From: Felis catus
Taxonomy: Eukaryota
DNA: 64,000 bases
Reading direction: 5' to 3'
NCBI RefSeq assembly: GCF_018350175.1
Contig: NC_058382.1
Location: forward strand, 49,974,001 to 50,038,000
The position numbers and the translations under genes are program-made. Positions 11,667 to 24,299 of this stretch are shown here, in pieces (position 1 is the stretch's first letter; each line of letters starts with the position of its first letter). Under the pieces are notes generated by a model. That model was not told where the DNA came from and did not search any database. It saw only the letters and a list, made by a program, of their open reading frames with translations.

Positions 11667-11691
11667 CACTCGCAGTGCTGTTCAAACCCAT
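11667..11691 (-). pseudogene. DUXB: DUXB-ps coding exon 1 (25 nt)
   Basis: ccaagATG GGT TTG AAC AGC ACT GCG AGT G gives MGLNSTAS(G). Same length as human MNLEGTSG(G), and its phase 1 joins exon 2 in frame. The donor is non-canonical (gcaaat). Confidence 0.65.
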
Positions 11692-11789
11692 CTTGGGAAG
11701 AGGTACCTGGACTCCGTGGAGGTCACTGGGCAACTGAGCAGCTCTGGAAGACGACAGGCTTATCAACACCAAGGGTGGCCCACCCATTT

Positions 11790-11863
11790 CTTATATACCT
11801 TTCTATCTAATCCCTTCATTATTGTTCAACACTTGTAGAAAGAAACTTGAAGTAATCAGATTA
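11790..11863 (-). promoter_or_regulatory. Putative DUXB proximal promoter: TATA box, TAATCC motif and P3 homeodomain palindrome
   Basis: TATATAAG on the - strand at 11790-11797, about 100 nt upstream of the ATG. TAATCC at 11808-11813. TAATCAGATTA (TAAT-N3-ATTA) at 11853-11863. Confidence 0.5.
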
Positions 11864-12119
11864 AGAGGAAGTACAGATTCTACCAGGCAGTTTTAAAACT
11901 TTAAAGATACCCTAATATCTTTCCAAATATGTCTTAGAATCTGTGCTCTCTAGTGTACGTACCCTATGCAATTTATATATATATATGCAATACATATATG
12001 CATTTATATATTTAAAACATGTTCTCCATGTTGTACTCCTGCTTTTTAATTTTGGCTTGATATTATTTATAATTTTGGAAAGATCTACCTACATTATATA
12101 TATATTTTATTTATTGAAA

Positions 12120-12920
12120 ATAATTTTTAATTGTTTATTTTTTAGAGAGAGAGACAGCGCATGAGCTGGGGAGGGGCAGAGAGAGGGGGAGACAGAATCT
12201 GAAGCAGGCTCCAGGCTCTGAGCTGTCAGCACAGAGCCCAGTGCGAGGCCTGAACTCAGTAACCGTAAGATTGTGACCTGAGTTGAATTTGGATGTGTAA
12301 CTGACTGAGTCACCCAGGCACCCTTTTTTCTTTTCCTTTTTCTTTTCTTTTCTTTCTTTTTTTTTTTTTAAGTTTATTTATTTATTGTGAGAGAGAGAGA
12401 GAAAGTACAAGTTCGGGAGAGGCAGAGAGAAAGGGAGAGAGAGAATCCCAAGCAGGCTCCACACTGTGAGTGTGGAGCCTGATGTGGGGCTTGAACTCAT
12501 GAACTGGTTAAGTTAGATGCTTAACTGACTGAACCGCCTAGGCACCCCTATATTTTTCATCTTTTTTTTAATGTTTATTTTTGAGGAAGAGAGACAGTGC
12601 AAGCGAGGGAGGGGCAGAGAGAGAGACACACACACACACACAGCATCCAAACCCGGCTCCAGGCTCTGAGCTGTCAGTACAGAGCCCGACATGGGGCTTG
12701 AACTCAGAAACCGTAAGATCATGACCTGAGCCGAAATTAGATGCTTAACTGATTGAGCCACCCTGGCGCCCCTATACATTTTTTAAGTTTATTTTTCTTG
12801 AGATAGAGAGGGAAAGAATCCCAAGCAGGCCCTGTGCTGTCACCATGAACCATGAGATCATGGTCTGAGCTGAAACCAAGAGTCAGATGCTTAAATGACT
12901 GAGCCACCCAGCCACCCCCC
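12120..12920 (-). mobile_element. Cluster of four tandem Can-SINEs
   Basis: Heads end near 12323, 12548, 12772 and 12920, each preceded on the + strand by a T-rich tail. Confidence 0.9.
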
Positions 12921-13689
12921 GGAATTCTCATTCTTGCCTATCCAAAGGCCACAGTTGTATAAGCCAATTCTTTATAACAAATGTCTTTATTTGTACATAT
13001 GTATATATACATGTGCACACACATGTATGTATAATATCACTAGTTTCCTGTGAGTTCAGAATGCTACTGATCCTCTTTCTCTGGTTGAGACCAAATGATA
13101 CAGAAGTTAGTACTTCAGGTCACCTGACCAGGCAAAGAATCAACACCATGTGAGGTGTGTTGCTGAGGTCAAAGGAAATTTGAATTGGCAATGGAAGAAA
13201 ATAACTACTATCTTGGACCATTTGCAGAAGTGAGGACATACTAGTTATGAGAATTTTGCTATGAATTTGTACATATATTAAAATATTTTTTTGTATTCTT
13301 CTCACAGTTATTCCCTAATGATCCAGTATAAGGTGCTTTAATAATAGTTAACTTTATAATTATTTTAAGTAGGCTCCACGCCCAACATGGGGCCTGAACT
13401 CAGGACCCTGAGATCAAGAGTGGCGAGCTCTACCGGCTGAGCTAGTCAGGCGTCCCAATAATAGTTAACTTTACATCATCATATTTAAGGAGCATCAAAA
13501 AAGAAGGATGCACATCACCCAAGGGTGTTGCATCTTTTTTTGGAGAAAGGATTAGCATGTTTCTTTTGTAATCAGGATAGTTGTGCCGTATTAGGCAGAA
13601 ATCGCACTTTGTTGTAATTTTTTAAATTTGGAAATCATTTATGGTTTTAGGAGAGGTGTATGGTTTATAGCTAGGCAAGGTGTAGCCTG

Positions 13690-14294
13690 AGATGGTGACT
13701 TTTAAGTGTCAGCTAAGCTACAGAACTTAGTTTTTCACTCATCTAGGTGTTTCTGTATTCATATTTTGTAGATGTGTTTGAAGTCCACAATCACTTAACT
13801 TTAAGGGAGATTTTCCTATATAATCTGGCTGAACCTAAGTCATTCAACTGAAGGGCCAAAAGGTCAGAGTGGAGGCTTCCCTTCAAAGACATTCTTCCTG
13901 GGGCACCTGGGTGGCTCAGTCGGTTAAGCATCCTACTTCGGCTCGGGTTATGATGTCGCAGTTTGTGAGTTTGAGCCCCGCATCAGGCTCTGTGCTGACA
14001 GCTCAGATCCTGGAGCCTGCTTTGGATTCTGTGTCTCCCTCTCTCTGCTCCTCCCCTGCTCATGCTCTCTCTCCCTCTCTCTCTCAGAAATAAAGAAACT
14101 TTAAAAGAAAACAAAAACAAAAACATTCTTCCTGTTGATAGATGCTTGGCCCATGCTCAAGAGTTCAGCCCATACTATGAGTTTTGGAATTGCTTAGTGA
14201 GTCTCTACAGTCACATAAACCAATTCCTTGCAATTAATCACTATATGTACTGATTCTGTATCTCTGGTTGAATAGTTGAACTCTGCCTAATACA
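13690..14294 (+). mobile_element. MLT2-type (ERVL) solo LTR interrupted by a Can-SINE (13900-14125)
   Basis: Starts tgagatggtgacttttaagtgtcagct and ends ttctgtatctctggttgaa...cctaataca, matching MLT2 termini. Internal accaattccttgcaattaatc. Confidence 0.65.
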
Positions 14295-14304
14295 ATCACC
14301 AAAT

Positions 14305-14799
14305 TGTTTATTTTTTTAAATGTTTAAGAGAGACAGAGCTCGAGTGGGGGGGTGCAAAGAGAGAGGGAGAGAATCCCAAGCAGGCTTCATACTCATCATG
14401 GAGCCTGACGTGGGCCTCGATCTCACAGTTCATGAGCCAAAATCAAGAGTAGGATGCTTAACCGGCTAAGAGGCACCCCACAAATTGTTTCTTTTTTAAA
14501 TGATGACATTTAACAAGAAAAAAAAGCGTATATGTGGATTTGTCATGGAGACAAGCCACGGGTGATGGAAAACTTGATTGAATCCTAGAAAGATCGCTAC
14601 TCATGTTATGCCTCTGTAAAGTTTTTGGTAAAACTATATTAGCTGTGGGGGCACTTGGGAAGCGTCCGACTTCAGCTCAGGTCATGATCTCACCGCTCGT
14701 GAATTCGAACCCCCCATGGGGCTCTGTGCTGACAGCTTGGAGCCTGGAGCCTGCTACAGATTCTGTGTCTCCCTCTCTCTCTGCTCCTCCTCTGCTTGT

Positions 14800-14834
<35 letters not shown>

Positions 14835-15963
14835 AATAAATAAACATTGAAAAAATATAAAAATCTTTATAAAAAGAAAAAATTTACGTTAGCTGTGAAA
14901 GCTTAGCAAAAAATGGGCGAAACCCTCTTGTGCTTTGAATTATGGGTAACAAAATATCTCTGTCATGTTTCATATGCTTTTGGCCATTATTGCCTGGGAA
15001 CATCTAGAAAGAAATGAGCTCAGAAAGAAATGTGTTAATAAAGGTACGTTCTATTACTGGTGAAAAAAAAAAAGAATGTCTTGTTCAGCGGGAAGAAGGG
15101 TAGGAGATAGAAAAGATGCGTGAACTTCAAGGTAAGGTGTACAGGTAGATTTCTACTCATTTCAATGAATAAATAAGAACTTGGAGATACACTTTGTAAC
15201 AAAAATTTTATGCATAGTTAAGAAACGCAAAAATCAAACCTGGGTCGTGATTTAAAATTTGGTTTATGGCAATGATCACATTAAAAATTCTACCAACAAA
15301 TCATTCCTCAAGTATTCTTGTAAATTGCCACAGAAAAAAAATGAAGCATGCTTTTGTCACAGACAACTGATAAGCTCAAGATATTTTAGCTGAGAGACAG
15401 AAAAATTAGGCATAATGAATTGGGGGATGGACTAATTCCACCTGGAAATAAATGGAATCAGGTTAATTGGTTTGTATTTGTGTGTGTTTTCCTTTGTGTT
15501 TTTCTTTACTGCAGTCTCTAGGGTCCCTACAAATGAGGCCAAGCAAGATAAGGGACATTTAAGGATCTGGTGTGGGGACTTCAGCCAGGAAGCAGAAATT
15601 GATCTAATGCTCAGTTAAAAGTCTACCCCAAAACATCTTCCCAGCGGAATCTTGTTACTGCTCTGTTCCATTGGGTGCAGTCTTCTTTATATATAAGAGG
15701 GTGTTTGCTACATGGGTCTGTTCCCTAGTCCAACTGGCTCATAGCATGGGCTTTTGTTCTTTGATGCCTTTTTTTTTTTTTAAGTTTATTTGTTTATTTT
15801 GAGAGATAGAGAATTCCAAGCAGGCTCTACACCATCAGCATGGAGCCGGCGCGGGGCTTGAACCCATGATCAGTGTTGTCGTGACCTGAGTTGGACCCTT
15901 AACTGACTGAACCACCCAGGTGCCCCTGTTCTTTGATATCTTTTTTTTAAATTTTTAAAAATT

Positions 15964-15994
<31 letters not shown>

Positions 15995-17625
15995 TTTTGA
16001 GACAGAGACAGAGCATGAATGGGGGAGGGTCAGAGAAGGAGACACAGAATCTGAAGCAGGCTCCAGGCTCTGAGCTGTCAGCACAGAGCTCAACATGGGG
16101 CTCGAACTCACGGACTGTGAGATCATGACCTGAGCCGAAGTCAGACGCTTAACCAACTGAGCCACCCAGGCGCCCCTGTTCTTTGATATCTTGATGAAGG
16201 AGTTATATTGGGATCTTCTAATTGCTTTGAGTGTCAGTGGAGGTTTTGGCTTGGAAAATACTTCATATCATGTCTGGTGGAGAAAGGTAAGATAATTTTG
16301 TATACTTTAGGGATGGAAGCTAATCTTGACCAACTAAATGAACCACCATATATTGAAGAAGAAGGGCCACTTATTTCACATCCACCCTCATGGCACCGGC
16401 CCAGTCAGGTCATATCTTCCGAGGGGACTATACTTCACAAATTGATTTTAGTCTTTGCCCTGTGATTTCTTTCAGCCAGTGAGATATGAGCGGCCTAATG
16501 AAGCAGTCTATACCATCTCTGAGCAGAATCCTCCCATCGTTTTGGGCCATTCCTCTTTTCTCACCACTATGAGCCTGCCCTAGATAATGATGATTCCATT
16601 AACCTGAATCCCAGAAGGATGAGAGATAGACTTTTGTTGAGGTAAGCCACTAGTGTTTTGAGGTCACTTATTACCATGACATAATTGAGACTAAAGTGGA
16701 TATACAGATTTCGTTGTTGTATCTTAAGCTCTGTGATCAGGGTTAAGTGTTCCTTTTTATTTACTTATTTTAATCTTTTAATGTTTATTTTTTGAGAAAG
16801 CGAGCGAGAGCGAGCCAGGGAGGGGCAGAGAGAAAGGAGAGAGAAATCCCAAGCAGCCTCTGCACTCTCAGCGCAGAGCCTGACACAGGGCCCAAGCTCA
16901 CCACTGTGAGATCATGACCTGAGCCAAAACCAAGAGCAGGATGCTTAACTGACTGAGCCACCCAGATGCCCAAGTCTTCATTTTTAAATAATTATCTGAA
17001 TATTCCCAGAAACCCATTTGTTATAGTGCCTGCCCCCTTCTTTTAACTGCAGGAAGTTTTCATGAAATTTAGAAGGGCATGAGATCCATTTTCTAAACAA
17101 AAAGTCCCAACAGACTTGTTCTTATCTCAGGTGTGAAACCTAAGAGTGCTAGTAGGACAGGATCCATTCTGTTGAAGATCATGTGAAGTTATGTGCACAG
17201 GTGGTCACGTGACACACAGAAACTAAGGAATGTCCCTGTTAAGTAAGACTCAGAATGTTGCCTACATGAAATGAGTGTTTCCTTCATCCTGGGAAAGAGG
17301 TTTATTTGTACTGTAGGAAGGAAGGACACAAAGGGGTAAAACAAAGACCTCCTGGATTTAGTTACCCAGTTACCCTATCTGTTTATTCAAAAGTGGAGAC
17401 AGGGGGCACGTGGGTGGCTCAGTTGGTTAAGTGTCCAACTTTGGCTCAGGTCATGATCTCGCGGTTCGTGAGTTCGAGCCCTGCGTCAGGCTCTGTGCTG
17501 ACAGCTCAGAGCCTGAAGCCTGTTTTGGATTCTGTGTCTCCCTCTCCCTCTGCCCATCCCCTGCTCACACACACTCTCTCTCTGTGTCAAAAATAAATAA
17601 GTATTAAAACAAAAAAGAAAAAAAA
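14305..17625. mobile_element. Region with six Can-SINEs (14305-14479 -, 14647-14880 +, 15770-15926 -, 15943-16176 -, 16760-16972 -, 17402-17625 +) and an MLT1 relic (about 16400-16700)
   Basis: Canonical Can-SINE motifs. TSD tgttctttgatatctt at 15927 and 16177. Confidence 0.85.
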
Positions 17626-17994
17626 TGGATAGAAAGCCACAGTTTCAGGCCGATATCAGGGGGACTTTGATTCAGAGAGTTGACTGAGATAGCAGAGACT
17701 TGGGCTTTGTCAGAGAGGGGTGAGGTACTCCTACCCTGGTAGCAGATGGGACAAGGGGATGTCAAGACAAGCTTTTCTCCTGACTGCGTGAGTGTGTGAG
17801 AAACAAAGGCTGTCTTTCCTAGGGCTGCACATGTCATCACAGAGGTTGTGTATTGCACTTTTCTAGAACCACAACCTCTTCCACTGGAGGCACTGGTTTA
17901 CATTTAAGTCAAATCACCAAGCCCCACCAGGGTGAACTAATGGCACACTGTCTGACACCTCACATTTCTATTTCTTATGTGCACATAATTATTA

Positions 17995-18305
17995 TTTTTT
18001 AAATATAATTTGTCAATTTACCTAACATACAGGGTATACAGTGTGCTCTTGGCTTCAGGAGTAGATTCCCATGATTCATCACTTGCATACGACACCGGGT
18101 GCTCATCCCAACAGGTGCCTTCCTCAATGCCCATCACCCATTTTTGCCTCTCCCCTCCCCCACCCCCCATGAACCCTCAGTTCTCTGTATTTAAGAGTCT
18201 CTTATGATTTGCCTCCCTCTCTGTTTGAAACTACTTTTCCCCCTTCCCTGCCCCCATGGTCTTCTGTTAAGTTTCTCAGATTCCAACATGAGTGAAAACA
18301 TATAT
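17995..18305 (-). mobile_element. Short L1 3'-end fragment (carnivore)
   Basis: gtgctcatcccaacaggtgccttcctcaatgcccatcaccc...aaccctcagtt...agagtctcttatg matches the 3' UTRs of the other L1s in the window. Confidence 0.85.
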
Positions 18306-20244
18306 GCATGTAATTCTTAGGTCATTGATGTTCACAAGCTCACCATGCAATTGTTACTTGACTACAGATTTGTTGTAGCACCTGTTTCATTTAACTTCTC
18401 TAATGCTCATTTTACTCCCTCATCTGCTCTCATTTCACAGCAGCTGTAGCCTGGAGGGTCTCAGCCCTGAGTGGGGTGCCAGGTAAGAAGGAAGATCCAC
18501 TTGTATGGATACCGTGGTCCAAGAAAACTCAGGTGGATAGGGGGAATGGAATCCAACCCTGCTCCCCTAATGAGGGTGACAAGGAGCCTGCATGGCCCAG
18601 ACTCCACAGGAAAGGGAGGGGAGAGGAAGGGCACCTTCCTAGCATTTTCCTGATAGCCTTACTCCAGTCTGCAGTGGCTGACGGGATTGTTCTGACCCTT
18701 TCCAGGGGCCACCGTCAAACCCTGCTCCTGGTCCTGCTTGTTCCTTGCTGATCCCCCCCATCTCCCAGTCCTCCATGGTTTGGCTGCTGTTGCCTTTGCA
18801 GAAGGACCTTATAGGATTTCCACTTATGCCCAGTGATTTTGGGGTGAGTTCATGGAAAAAGATTTTTTCTCTGGATTTTGTGTTGCCTTGAAACGGGGTC
18901 ATTCTATGATTGGTATTTTAATAAATCATCTGTAAGGAGGGAAGCTTGAACAAGGCTGGTGCCATAATTGTGAAGGAGCAGCAGTCACTCACTGATGTTG
19001 GTCAGGAGAGAGAGCAGTGGCATTTTGTGGCCTAGACAATGTTGCAATTTATCTGTGTTTAGACAGAATCATAAAGTGATCTTGTTTGTGTCTTGATCCA
19101 TCATGGCCACAGAGTGGATGTGTCTGATGTTCATAGTCTGTAAAAACATTTATGTTCTGCAGAAGGACACCAAGATATAACTGAAGGTACCAGGCCCAGT
19201 CCTGGCTATCAGGTGTGGCTTTACTCTTTCTCATACATTGCTTTGAGAGGTGGGGCAGGAGGTGAGCTGGAGAAATGCAGCCCAGCTGCTGGATCCATTG
19301 TGGTGTCTGCTCTCAAATAGGGGTCCGGGCTAGACAGAAGGAAAAGAAAAGCATTGTCAGAAAATAATGGAGCCATGAGGAGTCCGACTGGGGGAGGGGG
19401 AGAGCTTGGGCTGGTGGCAGTCTAGACCTCCTGCCAAGGGAAGGGCCAGTACTCAGGCAGAGGGTGCCCTAGGGCGTTCCCTTGAGGACAAACTCCTTTC
19501 CATTCTCTCCAGATGTCTGACCCCTGTCTACCCTCCCCTCTCTCCAACTTACTTCCATCTATTGCCACCCCCTGCCATCCTCACATCAGCCATATCAGTC
19601 CCAGAAAATGCTTAAAGGACAGTCCCACAGGGCTTAGGGCTTCCCTCACTGCCAGATGCCATCTTGGAGAGGGTGAGGAAGTAGAAGAGGTGGTACAATG
19701 ACCCCCATTTGAGCACCACGGTGCCTGTCCTACAGCATATCTAGAATGTTCCAAAGAGCTAATGGAACTGATACAAAACAGAAATTTCTATTATGGAAAG
19801 CATTTTGCATAAAACCTTCACAGTACTGAAAAAGTACTTCAATTCAGAAAAAAAAAAAAATTTAGCTGTTCCTCCGAAAATGTTTAATCCATTCATGACT
19901 TAAGAGAATAAAATGGCGCTCTGTACGGTGGATCCAGTATGTACATGTGGGCATGTGTATGTGTGCACACATAGTCCTTGGATAAATGTTGGGTGCCAAG
20001 TTGACTACTGAGTCATTCTCACCGGGCACATTGAACCGACTCTCTTGGAGACAAATTTCCTCATGGGTTTAAAGTGCATCTTTATAAAAGGAGTCTTACC
20101 CATTTTGGGGGGGGGGAATCTGAGGACTTTTTTTCTTCCTCCAGGAGGGCACACCTTTCTTTTTCCCAGATTGTATTCTCAAACTCTTTACTTAAGAAGA
20201 ATGACGAGGAAAGATGTTGGCAATTACTGAATGTTAGCGCATGA

Positions 20245-20685
20245 GATGTCCTTTAACTGGTGAATGGATAAGTAAAATGTGGTGTATTTTATAATGCAAT
20301 ATTATTCAGACATGTAAGTTAATGAAATACATGCTATTAACATGGGTGAACCTTGCAAACATTATGCCGAGTCAAAGAAGCCAGACATGGAAGGCCACTA
20401 TTGTTTGATTCCATTCATATCGAAATGTCTAGAATAGACAAATCCATAGACACAGAAAGTAGATTAGTAGTTTCTACTAACTATTAAGGGAGGAGGGAGA
20501 ATGTCACTGAGTGCTGACTGATAGGGGATTTCTCTTTAAAGATGATGAAGATTTTCTAAAATTAGCTAATGTTGATAGTTGCATAACTCTTCCAATATAC
20601 TAACAACCAGCAGATTGCACACCGTAAAAGGATATGAGGTTTTCTGGTGAATGAATTATATCTCAATAAAACTGTTATAAAAAAG
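20245..20685 (+). mobile_element. Old L1M (L1MB/ME-like) 3' end
   Basis: ggtgaatggataag..aaaatgtggt, aaccttgcaaacattatgc, agaaagtagattagtagtt and gaattatatctcaataaa are typical of ancient L1 3' ends. Confidence 0.7.
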
Positions 20686-21788
20686 AGAATTAACTTATAA
20701 AAAGACAGTATAATGGAAAGGGTCATGAAATGTTTACCACCCGAGTAAGTGAATGTGCAGAGGAAACTCCAAAAACAATTCGCATTGAAAAATTGCTTCA
20801 AATGAACATGTAAATGAAAAAGTCACACACTATTGTGAGACTTAAGGTCTGTGCTATTAATGCTTGTCAACATATTGTATTGACAGACCACACGTTTTAG
20901 ATTAAAATTGTCTGATTCACTGTAATTTGAATAATTATGTAACATATCTTTGACCAGAAAAAAGGTATTTTAAAGTATGCATTTAATTGTGTGGATGAAC
21001 TTCAACAAATTTTCAAATGAAGAAATTAACAAATATTGGAAATTTCAAAAGCATGGCATGAATAATAAGATCTGATTGTGTTGAAAATGAAAGAACATTA
21101 AAAAGTAGCGCAAAAGCATCCATTCATCTCCAATGATTCACTTTCTTTCTTCAGTCAAACAGAAAATAACATCAGTATAAGGAATGTTACTTTATTTGCC
21201 AAGAGATATTGCATATGACTCCGTATAAGTATTAATGATAAACTTAGAAAAGTATTGCCCTAAAAAATTGTGAAAACATAATATTTTATCAATCACTAAT
21301 ATTGGTAATAATTATATTCAAAATTAAGTTTCTATTACTATTTGAATACTTAATAACATAATTATTATATTGATAAAATATAGTTATTCTATTAATAATT
21401 ATTTCATAACCCAGTATCAATAATGAGCCCAGATGATATAAAATTGTTAACAAAGTTGGAATTTATAATATGTTTACTATTAGAACACTCAATTATAATT
21501 GATGTTTAATATTTTTGTTAATTATCCTATGACTTAAATTGTAGTTATTAATGTATCATTTAAAGTTACCCTTTTATTTTAGATGCTTTCACATCATTCT
21601 GGCATTCTAAGATATTCATGCCATTTGTCTCTTGGCTCCTAGACTTGATAAAATTCAACATTATCACTGAATCCTGCTGTTGTAAAATCTGAGGCTCCTT
21701 GCTGTCTGGGCGCAACAAGAAGAAATGAAAGTAAGTTTTAGTATCAGTCATATTTTATTTCCAGTATTCAATTTAAGAAGTTCAAAAT

Positions 21789-22745
21789 AGGGGCACCCTG
21801 GGTGGCTCAGTTGGTTAAGTGTCCGACTTTGGCTTAGATCATGATCTCATGGTTCATGGATTTCAGCCCCAACCACAGACCGTGTGGAGCCTACTTGGGA
21901 TTCTCTCTCCCTCTCTCTCTACCCCTCCCCGACTCACTCTTTCTCTCTCTCTCAAAATAATGAACTTAAAGAAAAAGTTCAAAATAAAAAGTGAAATTCC
22001 CAAGAATGTAAATATTATTAAATACGATGGAAATGGGTACATACAAAGTGTATTTCTTCTCATTCAATCCTAGGGTCCTTTTCAGAACTATTTCACATGC
22101 ATATAGTCATAAGGAACCAGTGGTATTTCTCTGTGAATACATTGGTTAAGCTGTCACCATTGGGATCCTAATGACATGGAAGACAGTGTGAGACCCTGGG
22201 AGCCTGACAGAAGTAGCCAGAAATTTCATAATGTATTCAGATCTTAAGATTTCCTTAACACCAATTTTATGTCATAGCACATCTTCTTACCTCTAATCTT
22301 GGACTCATCATAGCACATACTTCATTTTTTATTGCTTATTATCTAGTGTAGCCCTTTCTTCATATTCCTCGTAACACATACTATACATGAATATGAATAA
22401 ATATACATTCACTTCTATTTATAGAATAAATTATTTATAATATACTCGTGTACTTATTATATGTTCTGATAATATTCTTCTGTTATTATTATTTTTATAT
22501 TCTGTTATTTTGTCTAAGAAAAAGACCTGTTGATGGAGCGCCTGGGTGCCTCGGTCGGTTAAGCGTCTCTTAGTTTCGGCTCAAATCATGATCTCATGGT
22601 TGTGAGTTTGAGCCCCATATCAGGTTCTGTGGTGCATTGTGGAGCCTGCTTGGGATTCTCTGTCTCTTCCTCTCTCTCTTCTCCTCCCCATCACTCTCTC
22701 TCTCTCTCTCTCTCCCTCTCAAAATTAATAAACTTAAAAAAAAGA
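21789..22745 (+). mobile_element. Two Can-SINEs (21789-21990, 22535-22745)
   Basis: Can-SINE heads, (CT)n body and A tails. Confidence 0.85.
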
Positions 22746-24299
22746 CTAGTTGCCTTTCTGAAACCTGCAATGTCCCAAATAGTCTATCAATTCTATAAAT
22801 TAGGTATGCTAACTGAAGAAATATAAATGAATAGTCTAACCAAATAATCAGACCTCAATTCTAGAATCTTTCTTCTGTTCTAATTTTGTTTTCCTTAATT
22901 ATCTCTCAGTCCACTGAGGAAATACAAAGTGTTATTAAAGAAAATGCTCCTATCGGCTGAAACTCAGATTCCATTATTTTGTTTTAAGGCCCCTTGGTTA
23001 ATGCAATTATTTAACAGAAAAAAAAGTTTTTTGTTTTTTAGCAAAATTATGTTTTTTAGGAAATTATGCTTTCAATTTATTATGGGATGTATATTCATTT
23101 GCTACATGCCTTTCCTTCCCAGATCCAATTCTAAAACATCCTTAGGTTGGATCCAGCATTATAATCAAAATTCGTAAACAAAATTCATAACATCAAGAGG
23201 AATAAAAACTCAAGTTCTAAAGAGATAGATAATTGGAAACAAGATACCAAAGAGATTGGTGGACTTGGTGCCCAGTATGATGTGCTGACAAACAGATCTT
23301 TGCTGAGAGGCGATTTGCCTGGACCCATGTTGGGCTTGCCTTGGACATCATTAGATCCCTCAGGTACATTTGATATCGAAGAACACTTCGAGTAAATCAA
23401 TACTCAGTGATGTGTCCAGGGGCCGCGTCTCATCTTGGGTCATGCTGGTGGTCAGAGCCTTAGGCCCAGCCTACGTGGACAGTCTGTTTAGGTTCAGGAT
23501 GTATTGGGAAACCTCCAGGCAGAGGCAGTTCTAGAGCATTAACTGCAGAAGCCCCAATATACTTGCTTTAGTTGGGGACAAATCTGCCAATCTCCAAAGT
23601 ATTCATAATTCAATATGATCAAAGAAAACCCAAAGTCATATGATCAAGAAAAATGTCATGTAGCTAAAAGCTTACACTGCTTATTTGGCTGTGGAAGGAG
23701 GGTGCTTTCTCTGGGCTACTATTTCTCTCCAAATGACCACTGGGTAATTTGTCTTCAGAAACTAACTAAGTAAGAGCCACTTTGGAAATTTTTTAATAAT
23801 AGTCTCATTCATCTGTGGCCAAGGGCAGAGAAGTGCATCCTTTATGCCCATCCCATTCCCCAGACTGGGAAGTCCTCTGTATTTTGTTAAGTTGAGCAAC
23901 AGAATACATTTACTCCTGGACCACCCACCTCATTAAGATCAGCCATTCTTGAGGACCTCAGGGTCATCAGGCCAGTGACTTGCTGTAGCCCAGCTCATGT
24001 GTAGATGATTATTTCTGTCTGTGACTTGCTATGACCTCTGCACCAGCAATACTCCAAGGGTCGAAGGGCAGCTACATACCCACAGCCTTGTGTAAGTGTC
24101 CAGCAGCCCTGCGGTAGTGAGAGGAAAATGATCCTGGAAGAAGTAGGGCTTCCCAAGGTCCAGTTGTGGTGGGCTGGTCCTCAACAGGGGCCAGTGCCTC
24201 TCGGGTCACGTGCTCTTGTTCTGTCCTGGTGGAAGACAGAGCTCTAAACTATTTGTCCACGTCACCTCCACCTGTCACCAGGTTGGCCGGGCCGGGGCT

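Larger units (their letters stand above)
5067..11691 (-). pseudogene. DUXB: Unprocessed (intron-containing) double homeobox B pseudogene, 5 exons
   Basis: Five colinear exons match recalled human DUXB from MNLEGTSGG to WDEICQALLAEWDPLKGTH*. Both homeoboxes carry the PRD-class intron just before the helix-3 WF motif. It lies next to TERF2IP on the opposite strand, as in human. At least 3 nonsense codons, 4 frameshifts and a truncated exon 2. Confidence 0.9.

Noticed and set aside
18639..18929. CPHXL exon 3 at the position expected from human synteny
   Set aside because: There is a good acceptor, but no WFQN-like motif or recognisable CPHXL similarity in any frame.
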